DNA from: an uncultured Ignavibacteria bacterium
GTDB taxonomy: Bacteria; Bacteroidota; Ignavibacteria; Tepidaquicellales; OLB5
Direction of reading: 5' to 3'
Assembly: GCA_937873695.1 (NCBI GenBank)
Contig: CALMYL010000006.1
Location: forward strand, 289,185-353,184
DNA: 64,000 nt
This document shows positions 39,112 to 48,461 of the stretch, piece after piece. The notes beneath the pieces are model-generated. The model ran no database searches, was not told the origin of the DNA, and saw only the letters and a list, made by a program, of their open reading frames with translations. Positions within the stretch are counted from its first letter, which is position 1. Every line of letters begins with the position of its first letter. Position numbers and translations under genes: made by a program.

Positions 39112-39756
39112 TCAGCTATTTTGATGAGATTCAAAGGTTTGAAGGAAGTTTTTTATGTACATTTCTTTCACAATTGTCATATTTGCCTTCTTACCGGTCA
39201 ATTTTTCTATGCTTGTAACGCCTTTGTGGAATATCCCGCAGGGGATAATTTTGTCAAAATAACTCAAGTCAGTATTAACATTGAATGCAATTCCATGCAT
39301 TGTGATCCAGCGTGAAACCTTAATGCCAATAGCGCATATCTTCTCTTCTCCAACCCAGACGCCCGTGAATTCCTCTTCGCGGTGCGCTTCTATTCCCATT
39401 TCTTTAAGTGTTAGCATAACCGTCTCTTCAAGGGCGCGTAAATACCGGTGTGTATCTTTGTAATAATTGTGCAGATCCAGTATCGGGTAAACAACCAATT
39501 GCCCCGGTCCGTGGTAAGTTATATCGCCACCGCGGTCTATTTCATAGTAAGAAATTCCCCTGGCTTTCATTTCATCATCTGAAATGAGTATATGATCGCG
39601 TGAACCTGTTTTACCCAGCGTATAAACGTGGTTGTGTTCTACGGTGTATAGTATATCTTCAGTCGAACCTTTCTGTTTCTCCAGGTGAGTTGCTTTCTGC
39701 AGGTCCCAAACTTCCTTGTATCCCGCCAGACCAAGATCCTTATGTATTATGGGCAT
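39112..39756 (-). CDS. lipB: octanoyltransferase (lipoyl(octanoyl) transferase)
   Basis: 214 aa with RGGDITYHGPGQLVVYPI and KICAIGIKVSRWITMHG. Confidence 0.9.
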   Translation of the reverse strand: MPIIHKDLGLAGYKEVWDLQKATHLEKQKGSTEDILYTVEHNHVYTLGKTGSRDHILISDDEMKARGISYYEIDRGGDITYHGPGQLVVYPILDLHNYYKDTHRYLRALEETVMLTLKEMGIEAHREEEFTGVWVGEEKICAIGIKVSRWITMHGIAFNVNTDLSYFDKIIPCGIFHKGVTSIEKLTGKKANMTIVKEMYIKNFLQTFESHQNS

Positions 39757-39994
39757 TTTTGATCGTTAAATTGTATCTTAAGGGAACAAGTTTAACTTAA
39801 AAAGGTTTTAAGTAATATTCACTTCAAAATCACTAAATTTATAAATAAATCGGTTGCAGGTAATGCTATGTATATTATATATATACGAATTGCGGGATTT
39901 ATTTAATAAATAACTTGATTTTAAGAGTTGAAATTTTTATATTCGGTTCTGAAATTGGCGTATTGGCAAATTTAATCAAGGAGAAAGCAATTAT

Positions 39995-42343
39995 ATGAAA
40001 AGACTATCGGTCCTTCTTTACATATTATTCGCCTTCATCTCACTTCAGTATCTTGCAGGATGCGGAGGTTCTAACGTGGATGAAGAAGAATCTGCTGATA
40101 AAAAGAAGAAAAAAGACTCGGTGAGTGTATATACAGCGCTTGAAAATGCTAGGATACATTACACCAAAGCTTTGCAGTTCAACGAGCAATCTGACTCAAA
40201 GGCTTCAAAAGAGGAATTTGAAGCGGCACTTAAACAGCTTAACAAAATTGATACCAAAAATCTTGAAAAACATTATGCATGGGAAAAGGATTATAAAGAA
40301 ATAGCCACCAGCGTAGTACAGGATTACATTACGGCCAATGCAGAGCTGGAAGAGAACCATAAAGTATTTAAGCTTGCCGGTAAACTTGGCATCAAATACG
40401 AAAAGATAGAAAAGAAATCATACACTAATTCATTTAACCCTGATGAGCTGCCGCAATGCACAGAAATACCTCTTGTTGAAAACGGTCCGGTGCAGGATTA
40501 CATTACCTATTTTACAGGAACCGGCAGGAAATATATGGATAAATGGCTTTTCAGGCTGGGAAAATACTCTAACCTGATGCGAAGCATCTTGCGGGAAAAT
40601 AACGCTCCCGAAGAACTGATATATCTTTCTATGATAGAATCAGGGCTTGATCCCAAGATTAGTTCATGGGCCGGGGCAATAGGTTTATGGCAATTTATGC
40701 CTACAACAGGCTCGGCATATGGTCTATATTATGATGGCAGCACGGATGATAAACGCGATCCGGAAAAAGCCACCGATGCAGCAGCAAGACATTTGAAAGA
40801 TCTATACAAATCATTCGGCGATTGGTACCTTGCAATGGCATCATATAATGCCGGACCCGGCAGAATTACCAGCGCAATAAGAAAATCGGGTTCAACTGAT
40901 TTCTGGACATTGCGCGAATACCTTCCTAAGGAAACAAGGAACTACGTACCGCAGTATATTGCTGTTGCCCTGATCTGTCTTAACCCATCCAAATACGGAT
41001 TTACAGATGTAGAGTGGGGCAAACCACTTGAATATGACAGGGTAGTTATCAAGTCTGCCTTAACGGTTGATGAGATAGCCTCTTTAAGCGGCTCAGATGT
41101 TGAAACCATACGAGATCTGAATTCGCAGATGCTGAGCGAAATTACTCCGGTATTTGATGACGGTTACCTGATAAAGATACCAAAGGGGAAGTTCAAGGAA
41201 TTCAGCGAAAATTATGAAGCGGCAAGCCACATAGAAAAATACAGTTTTAAGCCTGTATACGACGGCAATGAAGGCACTGCCTCTGTGAATCACGAAGAAA
41301 GCTACACGTATTTTAAAGTAGCAGACTATCACGTTGAAGACAAAAGATACATAATCAGCACGGCAAACCGTGAACTTGTGTTCCATGATATTGCAGAGAC
41401 CGAAGATCTTTACAATGTTTCACTTAAGTATTCCGTGAGACCCAGTGACCTGAGATTATGGAATAATATTAACTACGGCATTTATCCCAAAAAAGGAGAT
41501 AAACTTTCCGTTTGGCTTACCAAAGAGAAATACAAAGAGCTTTATGGATCAGTTGAAGAAGAAAAAAAATCCGGGGACTTAACAGAGAGCCCTATTAAAG
41601 ATCCGGGTAAAGATGAAGTTATAGAAGAAACAAATTCTGAGGGGACAAATGAAACTGTACTTGTAAACAAAGAACACAGAAATGACAGTGAAGTAAAAAA
41701 AGAAGTTGAAGTTAAGAAGGACACAGAAGTTAAGAAAGAAACTGAAGTTAAGAAAGAAACTGAAGTTAAAAAGGACGTTGAGGTAAAGAAAGATACTGAA
41801 GTAAAAAAAGAAAAGAAAACCACTACAGATACAAAGAAGAAGAAGCAGAGTTACCAGACTTATACTGTTAATGAAGGTGATAACCTGACTGAAATAGCTG
41901 ATGCATATGATGTTGATATTTCCGATATCAAGGACTGGAATGAGCTTGAATCAGATAAAATAATGGTTGGACAGAAACTGAAGATATATTCCGATAAGAA
42001 GGTTACCTCTTCAAGTAAAAAAGCAAAGACCTATACAGTAAAAGAAGGCGACAACCTTACGAAAATTGCTGATGCATACGGCGTATCAGTTGCAGATATC
42101 AAAGAATGGAACGGCCTGGAAAGCGATGTAATTCAGGAAGGACAGGTCTTAAAACTGTATTCAACAAAAGAAACAAAGAAAAAAGTAACAAAGAGCAAAA
42201 CAACATATCACACCGTTAAAAAAGGTGAGACTCTTGGTAAAATTGCCGATAAATATGACTGCACGATTGCGGACCTGAAAAAATGGAACAAAATAAAAGG
42301 TGATACCATTGAAATTGGGCAGAAACTTATTGTTAAGAAGTGA
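39995..42343 (+). CDS. mltD: lipoprotein lytic transglycosylase (MltD-like): SLT domain plus three C-terminal LysM domains
   Basis: Lipobox LAGC; SLT catalytic region [23 protein letters not shown]...SYNAGPG; three LysM repeats ([14 protein letters not shown]..., [14 protein letters not shown]..., [14 protein letters not shown]...). Confidence 0.85.
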   Translation: MKRLSVLLYILFAFISLQYLAGCGGSNVDEEESADKKKKKDSVSVYTALENARIHYTKALQFNEQSDSKASKEEFEAALKQLNKIDTKNLEKHYAWEKDYKEIATSVVQDYITANAELEENHKVFKLAGKLGIKYEKIEKKSYTNSFNPDELPQCTEIPLVENGPVQDYITYFTGTGRKYMDKWLFRLGKYSNLMRSILRENNAPEELIYLSMIESGLDPKISSWAGAIGLWQFMPTTGSAYGLYYDGSTDDKRDPEKATDAAARHLKDLYKSFGDWYLAMASYNAGPGRITSAIRKSGSTDFWTLREYLPKETRNYVPQYIAVALICLNPSKYGFTDVEWGKPLEYDRVVIKSALTVDEIASLSGSDVETIRDLNSQMLSEITPVFDDGYLIKIPKGKFKEFSENYEAASHIEKYSFKPVYDGNEGTASVNHEESYTYFKVADYHVEDKRYIISTANRELVFHDIAETEDLYNVSLKYSVRPSDLRLWNNINYGIYPKKGDKLSVWLTKEKYKELYGSVEEEKKSGDLTESPIKDPGKDEVIEETNSEGTNETVLVNKEHRNDSEVKKEVEVKKDTEVKKETEVKKETEVKKDVEVKKDTEVKKEKKTTTDTKKKKQSYQTYTVNEGDNLTEIADAYDVDISDIKDWNELESDKIMVGQKLKIYSDKKVTSSSKKAKTYTVKEGDNLTKIADAYGVSVADIKEWNGLESDVIQEGQVLKLYSTKETKKKVTKSKTTYHTVKKGETLGKIADKYDCTIADLKKWNKIKGDTIEIGQKLIVKK
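41690..41815 (+). repeat. in-frame 18-bp tandem repeat x7 encoding (EVKK[E/D]x)7
   Basis: Seven consecutive hexapeptide units, [42 protein letters not shown], lie in the linker before the LysM domains. Confidence 0.9.
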
Positions 42344-42402
42344 AATGTCAAACCTTTCTCCACTGCGCGCAGCAAAGCGCAGCGTGAAATGTAAAATATT
42401 TA

Positions 42403-42427
42403 AGGCGAGTATAACTCGCCTTTTTTA
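42403..42427 (+). terminator. rho-independent terminator after the MltD-like gene
   Basis: AGGCGAGT-ata-ACTCGCCT followed by TTTTTT. Confidence 0.75.
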
Positions 42428-42456
42428 TAGTAAAAATTATCATTAGGAAATTAGTA

Positions 42457-42500
42457 CCCCTCTCCTTTGGAGAGGGATAAAACGCACAGCAGGTGCGTTT
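42457..42500. repeat. two adjacent short palindromic (REP-like) hairpins
   Basis: CCCCTCTCC-ttt-GGAGAGGG and AAAACGCAC-agcag-GTGCGTTTT lie directly upstream of the GNAT start. Confidence 0.6.
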
Positions 42501-42514
42501 TGGGAGAGGTCAAT

Positions 42515-43042
42515 ATGAATCAAAACACAATTTCTCTTAAAATTGCATTACAGGAAGAAGCAAAAAAAATTAGTGCTCTTGTAAACTCTGTTTACCGCGG
42601 TGAAAACTCCAAAAAAGGCTGGACAACAGAAGCGGATTTTTTGAGCGGAATAAGGATCACCGAAGAAAAAGTTATGGAAATGATCGGGCGCAAAAATGAT
42701 CTTATAATTCTGGCAATCATTGACGGTGAAATTACCGGCTGCGTTCACCTTGAAAATGCAGGCAGTTATTCATACCTTGGAATGCTTTCAGTTGATGTGA
42801 ACCTCCAGGATAAAGGAATCGGCAGAATATTGATAAATGAATGCGAACGGATAACAAAACATGATTGGAAACTAGACGAAATAAAGATGAAAGTCATAAG
42901 CCGCCGAAATGAGCTTATTGAGTACTATAACCGGCGCGGCTACGCCGCAACAGGTGAGATAGAGGAATTCGGCGCACAAGGTGATACATTTGGGGATACC
43001 GGAGAAGAGCTCTGGTTTGTTACGCTTGCAAAAAAACTTTGA
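42515..43042 (+). CDS. GNAT-family acetyltransferase
   Basis: Acetyl-CoA loop QDKGIGRILI. The start is set at ATG 42515 (GGAGAGG upstream). The longer TTG-initiated ORF from 42467 reads through the hairpin repeats. Confidence 0.7.
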   Translation: MNQNTISLKIALQEEAKKISALVNSVYRGENSKKGWTTEADFLSGIRITEEKVMEMIGRKNDLIILAIIDGEITGCVHLENAGSYSYLGMLSVDVNLQDKGIGRILINECERITKHDWKLDEIKMKVISRRNELIEYYNRRGYAATGEIEEFGAQGDTFGDTGEELWFVTLAKKL

Positions 43043-43135
43043 TCATATTTAACGGCTTTTTTATTTAATTGAATATAATACCCAAAATTGGTATTATTGG
43101 TAACAATTCTAATAAAAATTTAAATTTTATCGCCC

Positions 43136-44275
43136 ATGAGAAATTTATTTTTCAGTATGATAGCCTTAACGGCAATTGCAATTTTTACAATTTCAGGCTG
43201 CAACAAAGGCGGCGGAGATGAGATCCTGATCGGTGAATACGGTTCTTTAACCGGACCGAACGCTACTTTCGGTATTTCTTCAACCAACGGCTTAAAGCTT
43301 GCCGTGGAAGAGCTCAATAATGCAGGCGGATTGCTTAATAAGAAAGTTAAACTAATTACATATGATGACCAAGGCAAACCCTCGGAAGCGCAGACAGTTG
43401 TTCAGCGTTTAATTAAAAATGATAATGTTGTTGCCGTAATTGGTGAAGTAGCTTCATCAAACAGTAAGGCCGGCGCGCCAATATGCCAGCAGAACAAAAT
43501 TCCGATGATAACACCTGCATCAACTAACCCGGAAGTTACGGCAATTGGCGACTATATATTCAGGGTATGCTTTATTGATCCGTTCCAGGCAACAGTTGTA
43601 AGTAAATTCATACTGAATACACTTAAGCTGAAAAAAGTAGCTTTGCTTAAGGATGTTAAGAATGCGTATTCAACAGGACTTGCAGATTTCTTTGAAAAAG
43701 AATTTAAGAACATGGGCGGCGAAATTGTTGAAGTGCAGTCATTTTCAGCAGGCGATAAGGATTTTAAAGCGCAGTTAACATCAATCAAAGCTAAAAATCC
43801 CGAAGCAATTTTTATTCCTGCTTATTACACAGATGTAAATTTAATTTCAATTCAGGCGCGCGAAATAGGCTTAACAGTTCCTTTAATAGGCAGCGATGGC
43901 TGGGAATCAGAAAAATTAACCGAAGGCAAAGCGAAAGATGCGCTTGAAGGATGCTATTTTTCAACACATGTATCGACTGAAAATCCCGACCCTAAGATAC
44001 AGGAATTCATAACAAAATATAAAGCTAAATATAACGCAATGCCAGACGCTATGGCATTCCTGGCATATGACGCGGGTTTAATACTTTTTGAAGCAATGAA
44101 AAAAGCCGGCACAACTGACCCTGAAAAAGTAAAAAATGAGCTTGCAAAAATAAAAGACTTCTCTGGTGTGACCGGAAAAATTTCTATCAATGAGCAGCGC
44201 AACGCTATAAAGCCTGCAGTAATACTTGAAATAAAAGGTGGCGAATTCAAATTTAAAGAAACAGTACAACCGTAA
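43136..44275 (+). CDS. ABC transporter substrate-binding lipoprotein, branched-chain amino acid (LivJ/K, Peripla_BP_6-like) family
   Basis: Lipobox TISGC and family-typical ILIGEYGSLTGPNATFG...ELNNAGGLLNKKVKLITYDDQGKP. Confidence 0.8.
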   Translation: MRNLFFSMIALTAIAIFTISGCNKGGGDEILIGEYGSLTGPNATFGISSTNGLKLAVEELNNAGGLLNKKVKLITYDDQGKPSEAQTVVQRLIKNDNVVAVIGEVASSNSKAGAPICQQNKIPMITPASTNPEVTAIGDYIFRVCFIDPFQATVVSKFILNTLKLKKVALLKDVKNAYSTGLADFFEKEFKNMGGEIVEVQSFSAGDKDFKAQLTSIKAKNPEAIFIPAYYTDVNLISIQAREIGLTVPLIGSDGWESEKLTEGKAKDALEGCYFSTHVSTENPDPKIQEFITKYKAKYNAMPDAMAFLAYDAGLILFEAMKKAGTTDPEKVKNELAKIKDFSGVTGKISINEQRNAIKPAVILEIKGGEFKFKETVQP

Positions 44276-44281
44276 AATTGT

Positions 44282-44312
44282 GAAATAGTGATTTTTGAAA
44301 TAGTGAAATAGT
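44282..44312 (+). repeat. left array of three GAAATAGT octamers
   Basis: GAAATAGT occurs at 44282, 44297 and 44305. It is inverted relative to the array at 44737-44760. Confidence 0.8.
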
Positions 44313-44370
44313 ATGACATATTCCTTTAGTCATATTTCTTTTTAAACTTAAAATTAAGAAAGGTGTTTCT

Positions 44371-44730
44371 ATGGGATTTAATGATGAGTTAAGAGACCGT
44401 ACAAAACAATTTGCTTTAAGAATTATTAAGTTATTTCGTTCACTGCCTAAAACCAATGAAGCAAGGGTTATTGGTAAACAACTATTGAGGTCGGGCTGTT
44501 CAGTAGGAGCAAATTTCAGAGCTGCAACCAGAGGCAGATCAAGTGCTGAATTCTATTCAAAGTTATCAATAGTTGTTGAAGAAGCTGATGAATCTGCATT
44601 TTGGATGGAACTCTTAATGGAGTCAGGAATTGTATCTGAGAAGAAATTATTGCTATTGTATAATGAAACAATAGAACTGACAAAGATCATGGCAGTATCA
44701 AGAAAAACAGCAAAAACAGGAAGAAAATGA
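44371..44730 (+). CDS. four-helix-bundle protein (23S rRNA intervening-sequence protein / Avd-like family)
   Basis: 119 aa with the pattern FALRIIKLFRSLP...IGKQLLRSGCSVGANFRAATRGRS..EF..KLSIVVEEADESAFWMELL, typical of this family. Confidence 0.75.
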   Translation: MGFNDELRDRTKQFALRIIKLFRSLPKTNEARVIGKQLLRSGCSVGANFRAATRGRSSAEFYSKLSIVVEEADESAFWMELLMESGIVSEKKLLLLYNETIELTKIMAVSRKTAKTGRK

Positions 44731-44736
44731 AAATTC

Positions 44737-44760
44737 ACTATTTCACTATTTCATTATTTC
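44737..44760 (-). repeat. right array of three inverted octamers (ACTATTTC, ACTATTTC, ATTATTTC)
   Basis: These are the reverse complement of GAAATAGT/GAAATAAT, placed between the four-helix-bundle stop codon and the livH ATG. Confidence 0.8.
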
Positions 44761-44770
44761 ACTTTTAAGT

Positions 44771-45682
44771 ATGACAGAATTCATTCAGCAGGTATTTAAC
44801 GGACTCTCACTCGGCAGCATTTATGCTTTGATCGCGCTTGGATATACTATGATCTACGGTATCCTGCGGTTTATCAACTTTGCGCACGGTGATGTATTTA
44901 TGATCGGCGCTTTTTCGGGGTATTACCTTGGGATTATTTTCGCTTTTGCCTCAGTATCCGGTTTTGCTTCGCTTGGAATGGCTTTGCTGATCATGATAGG
45001 TGCAATGGTAATTTGCGGCCTGCTTGGTTTTACTGTTGAAAAGCTTGTATATAAGCCTCTCAGGAAATCACCTAAGCTTACTATACTTATTACCGCAATT
45101 GGTGTTTCATTGTTTCTTGAATACGGCGGACAGTTGGTATTTGGCGCAGACCCCAAATCATTTCCTTCGCTGCTTGAAAATAAACCGGTGGTTAATCTTG
45201 CCGGCGCCGTGATTGGCTCTAACCCGCTGGTTGTGCTGGTTACAGCAGGAATCCTGATGGTTGGTTTGAGACTCATAGTAATGAAAACAAAGATCGGTAC
45301 TGCTATGAGGGCTGTTTCATATAACCCAACCGCTGCCAGTTTAATGGGAATCAACATTAACGCAGTGATCAGTTTTACATTCATAATCGGCTCCTCGCTG
45401 GCAGGTGCAGCGGGTATTTTATACGGGCTGAATTACCCGAGTATCGATCCGCTTATGGGCATTCTGCCCGGACTGAAAGCCTTTGTTGCGGCAGTTCTTG
45501 GCGGCATAGGTAATATTCCAGGTGCGGCTTTAGGCGGTATGATCATAGGATTACTCGAAACTTTCGTTACAGGCTATATTTCACCCACATACAGAGATGC
45601 TATTGCTTTTGGAATATTGATATTGATATTACTTTTCAAACCTACAGGTTTGTTAGGCAAAAAAGAGATAGAAAAAGTATAG
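44771..45682 (+). CDS. livH: branched-chain amino acid ABC transporter permease
   Basis: 303 aa with an N-terminus FIQQVFNGLSLGSIYALIALGYTMIYGILRFINFAHGD characteristic of LivH. Confidence 0.85.
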   Translation: MTEFIQQVFNGLSLGSIYALIALGYTMIYGILRFINFAHGDVFMIGAFSGYYLGIIFAFASVSGFASLGMALLIMIGAMVICGLLGFTVEKLVYKPLRKSPKLTILITAIGVSLFLEYGGQLVFGADPKSFPSLLENKPVVNLAGAVIGSNPLVVLVTAGILMVGLRLIVMKTKIGTAMRAVSYNPTAASLMGININAVISFTFIIGSSLAGAAGILYGLNYPSIDPLMGILPGLKAFVAAVLGGIGNIPGAALGGMIIGLLETFVTGYISPTYRDAIAFGILILILLFKPTGLLGKKEIEKV

Positions 45683-45696
45683 CCATTTGTTCATAG

Positions 45697-45728
45697 ATCA
45701 TCTGATGATTTAAAGTCATTTGGTGATT
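45697..45728 (+). repeat. copy L of a ~32-nt imperfect palindromic element
   Basis: ATCATCTGATGATTTAAAGTCATTTGGTGATT. It is similar to, and in the same orientation as, the copy at 46188-46220. Confidence 0.75.
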
Positions 45729-45734
45729 AGGTTT

Positions 45735-45762
45735 GGAGTGAGTCAGCTCACTCCTTTTTTTT
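45735..45762 (+). terminator. rho-independent terminator after livH
   Basis: GGAGTGAG-tcag-CTCACTCC followed by TTTTTTTT. Confidence 0.8.
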
Positions 45763-45770
45763 GAAAAATT

Positions 45771-46184
45771 ATGAAGACAGAAAAAATCATCAGGCAGGAT
45801 GTTCTTGTCAGGATAAAAAAAATACCAATTGTAGATACCCTTGGGTTTGAATTTATTGAAATGGACAATGGCATATGCGTAGCTGTTGTAAAACACCGGA
45901 AGGAGTATGATGGTATCTATGAATCATTCCATGGCGGCCTGCTTATGACAGTGGCTGATTCCATAAGCGCGTTCGCGCTGCTTACCCTTGCGGGTGCCGA
46001 TTCAAAAATTACAACTACCGATATGAATATCCGTTTCCTGGCGGCCTGCAGAACAGACGTACGGGCTTTTGCGAAAGTCATCAAACACGGCAGAACGCTT
46101 GCACCCGTTGCAGTTGATATGTATGATATGAATAATATTCACGTTGCAGTTGCGCAAGTGAATTATATTATTCTTAACAAATAG
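45771..46184 (+). CDS. PaaI-family hotdog-fold thioesterase
   Basis: 137 aa with ...SFHGGLLMTVADSISAFA...TTTDMNIRFL, typical of the PaaI/YbgC-like hotdog fold. Confidence 0.75.
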   Translation: MKTEKIIRQDVLVRIKKIPIVDTLGFEFIEMDNGICVAVVKHRKEYDGIYESFHGGLLMTVADSISAFALLTLAGADSKITTTDMNIRFLAACRTDVRAFAKVIKHGRTLAPVAVDMYDMNNIHVAVAQVNYIILNK

Positions 46185-46187
46185 TGC

Positions 46188-46220
46188 ATCATCTGATGAC
46201 TTAAAGTCATCCGATGAATT
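46188..46220 (+). repeat. copy R of the palindromic element
   Basis: ATCATCTGATGACTTAAAGTCATCCGATGAATT, which folds as CATCTGATGACTT/AAGTCATCCGATG. Confidence 0.75.
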
Positions 46221-46278
46221 AAGTAAAATAAAAACTTTTAGCCCCCGTCTTTATTAATACAAACTACTTAATTAATCT

Positions 46279-47427
46279 TTGAAGAAATCTCAATTTGCTG
46301 TATTTTTAACCATAGTACTTAGCGTTTATACTTTGGTTAACTATTATATATTTATTACCGGGCTCAACTCCATTCCGGATAATTACAAATTTTTGTATTC
46401 CGCAATTTACTTATTCTTTTTCCTGTCTTATATAATAGGCAGATTCCTTGAGCATAAATTCCTGAACACGGTTTCAGCATTTTTTGTCTGGGTTGGTTCT
46501 TTCTGGCTTGGAGCAATGGTGTATTATTTGCTTTTTGTAATACTGATAGATGTTATCAGGTTACTTAACGCCTTTTTCGGATTTCTTTCGGCTTCTTTTT
46601 ATACTAATGAATATCAAATGCTGTTTTTCCTTATTGTAAATGCTGCGGTTATTGTTATCCTGGTTTTCGGATATCTGAACGCAGTAAGCCCCGTAATAAA
46701 GAGGCTCAACATCAATATCGGCAAAAAAGCAGGATTGCTGAGATCGCTTAATATCGTAATGGCTTCTGATATTCACCTTGGGACTATCATAAACAGGAAA
46801 AGGCTTAGAAAAATTGTTAATATGATAAATTCCCTTGAGCCTGATTTAATCCTTTTGCCGGGCGATGTTGTAGATGAAGATATTGAATCTGTGGTTAAGC
46901 AGAATTGCGGCGAGGACCTGCGCGCGCTGCGTGCGAAGTACGGTGTTTTCGCAATTACCGGTAATCATGAATACATTGGCGGGGTTGAGCCGTCGGTAAG
47001 ATACTTGACTGAACATGGCATAATTGAACTGAGGGATAGAGCAATTAAGATAGCCAATTCATTTTATATCATTGGCAGGGAAGACCGCGCTTCAAAAGGT
47101 TTTGCGGGGATTCTAAGAAAGCCTTTAAATCTGCTGCTTGAAGGTGTTGATAAAAACCTCCCGGTAATACTGATGGATCACCAGCCGGTAAAATTAGAGG
47201 AAGCTGAAAATAACGGCATTGACCTGCAGCTAAGCGGACATACCCACCACGGGCAGTTGTGGCCTTTCAATTTTATTACTAAAAAGATATATGAAGTTAG
47301 CATGGGGTACAAACAGAAAGGAGATACTCATTATTATATATCCCCGGGTGTTGGCACATGGGGTCCGCCTGTAAGAACAGGCAACAAACCTGAGATAATA
47401 CAGATCACTTTAAATTTTGCTGCTTAA
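46279..47427 (+). CDS. membrane-anchored metallophosphoesterase (YkuE-like)
   Basis: N-terminal TM helices and calcineurin-like motifs SDIHLG, GDVVD, GNHE, GHTHHGQ. TTG start. Confidence 0.8.
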   Translation: MKKSQFAVFLTIVLSVYTLVNYYIFITGLNSIPDNYKFLYSAIYLFFFLSYIIGRFLEHKFLNTVSAFFVWVGSFWLGAMVYYLLFVILIDVIRLLNAFFGFLSASFYTNEYQMLFFLIVNAAVIVILVFGYLNAVSPVIKRLNINIGKKAGLLRSLNIVMASDIHLGTIINRKRLRKIVNMINSLEPDLILLPGDVVDEDIESVVKQNCGEDLRALRAKYGVFAITGNHEYIGGVEPSVRYLTEHGIIELRDRAIKIANSFYIIGREDRASKGFAGILRKPLNLLLEGVDKNLPVILMDHQPVKLEEAENNGIDLQLSGHTHHGQLWPFNFITKKIYEVSMGYKQKGDTHYYISPGVGTWGPPVRTGNKPEIIQITLNFAA

Positions 47428-47885
47428 AATCTGAAAAATGGCTTGGCTGAAAACGGTGAAAATGGCCATGGCGTCATAAGCAAAATTAGTATTACAGCTA
47501 TAGTAAACCAAACAGCAAGCGCTTTGAATTTGGCATGGTCATCCTTTTTCTTCTTAGATACAACAGAACCAATTGTTATCAATACTATTGCCAATATCAT
47601 TACAATTGTGTGTTCCATACCGTAAAACCTTATTTCACGCACTTTCACTGCCGTGCTGAAGCTGCTCATAAAGTATTTTGTTATTGGACTCAGGAAATAA
47701 AGTGCCAATCCAAGCACCAGCTGAATGTGAGCGGCAATGACAGTGTATTTTCTTGTCTTCGCGTCTGCGGGATCGAATGAACGCTTGCCGAACATACCCG
47801 AATAGGCTCTGTACAAAGTGTACAATACACCTATTACCACCAGCCATCTGAAAATTGAATGCAGCGAAAGTAATGTTGTGAACAT
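47424..47885 (-). CDS. small membrane protein (4 predicted TM), function unknown
   Basis: 153-aa hydrophobic ORF. Its stop overlaps the convergent upstream gene's stop within TTAA. Confidence 0.5.
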   Translation of the reverse strand: MFTTLLSLHSIFRWLVVIGVLYTLYRAYSGMFGKRSFDPADAKTRKYTVIAAHIQLVLGLALYFLSPITKYFMSSFSTAVKVREIRFYGMEHTIVMILAIVLITIGSVVSKKKKDDHAKFKALAVWFTIAVILILLMTPWPFSPFSAKPFFRF

Positions 47886-47906
47886 AGTTTGAATTATTGA
47901 AGCATT

Positions 47907-48461
47907 TTAGTTTACACTTGGATTTTCGGGGAAGCTGGCAAGTATGGCGAATTTCTTGCCCATTCCTTTCAGTGTTTCGCGCCACAGTTTATCCGGCTCA
48001 CCGGAAAAAATATTTTCAATTGAAGTATCTGCTACTATCCATGAATTTATGGCAAGTTCATCATCAATTTGACCCTCTGTCCAGCCTGAATAACCAAGGA
48101 AGAACCTGAAATCAGCAGGGCTAACCGCCCCCGATGTTATGAGAGCTTTAAGTATATCAAAACTTCCGCCCCAATATAATCCCGGCACGATCTCAATCGA
48201 GCCATCTATGACACTTTCACCCTTATAAATGAACTGCAGCGTGTTCAGCTGTACGGGTCCGCCATAATAAACCACGGAATCAAACTCGGGGAATTCTTCA
48301 ATAACCTCATGAATGCGATAATCGGTGGGTTTATTCATTACAAAACCAATTGAGCCTTCTTCACTATGTTCGGTCAGCAGAATTATAGTCCGTTTGAAAT
48401 TGGGATCATTCAAAAAGGGTTCTGATATAAGTATTCTGCCTTTTGCGGGTTTCTTATTCAT
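47907..48461 (-). CDS. YqgE/AlgH-family protein (UPF0301)
   Basis: 184 aa with GRILISEPFLNDPNFKRTIILLTEH...GPV...GYSGW. Confidence 0.85.
   Translation of the reverse strand: MNKKPAKGRILISEPFLNDPNFKRTIILLTEHSEEGSIGFVMNKPTDYRIHEVIEEFPEFDSVVYYGGPVQLNTLQFIYKGESVIDGSIEIVPGLYWGGSFDILKALITSGAVSPADFRFFLGYSGWTEGQIDDELAINSWIVADTSIENIFSGEPDKLWRETLKGMGKKFAILASFPENPSVN

Noticed and set aside
42467-42514. TTG-initiated extension of the GNAT gene
   Set aside because: It reads straight through two palindromic hairpin elements. The ATG at 42515 has a GGAGAGG ribosome-binding site.
44371-44730. Possibility that the Avd-like four-helix-bundle gene marks a diversity-generating retroelement
   Set aside because: There is no reverse transcriptase ORF, no template/variable repeat pair and no adenine-specific mismatch pattern anywhere in the window.
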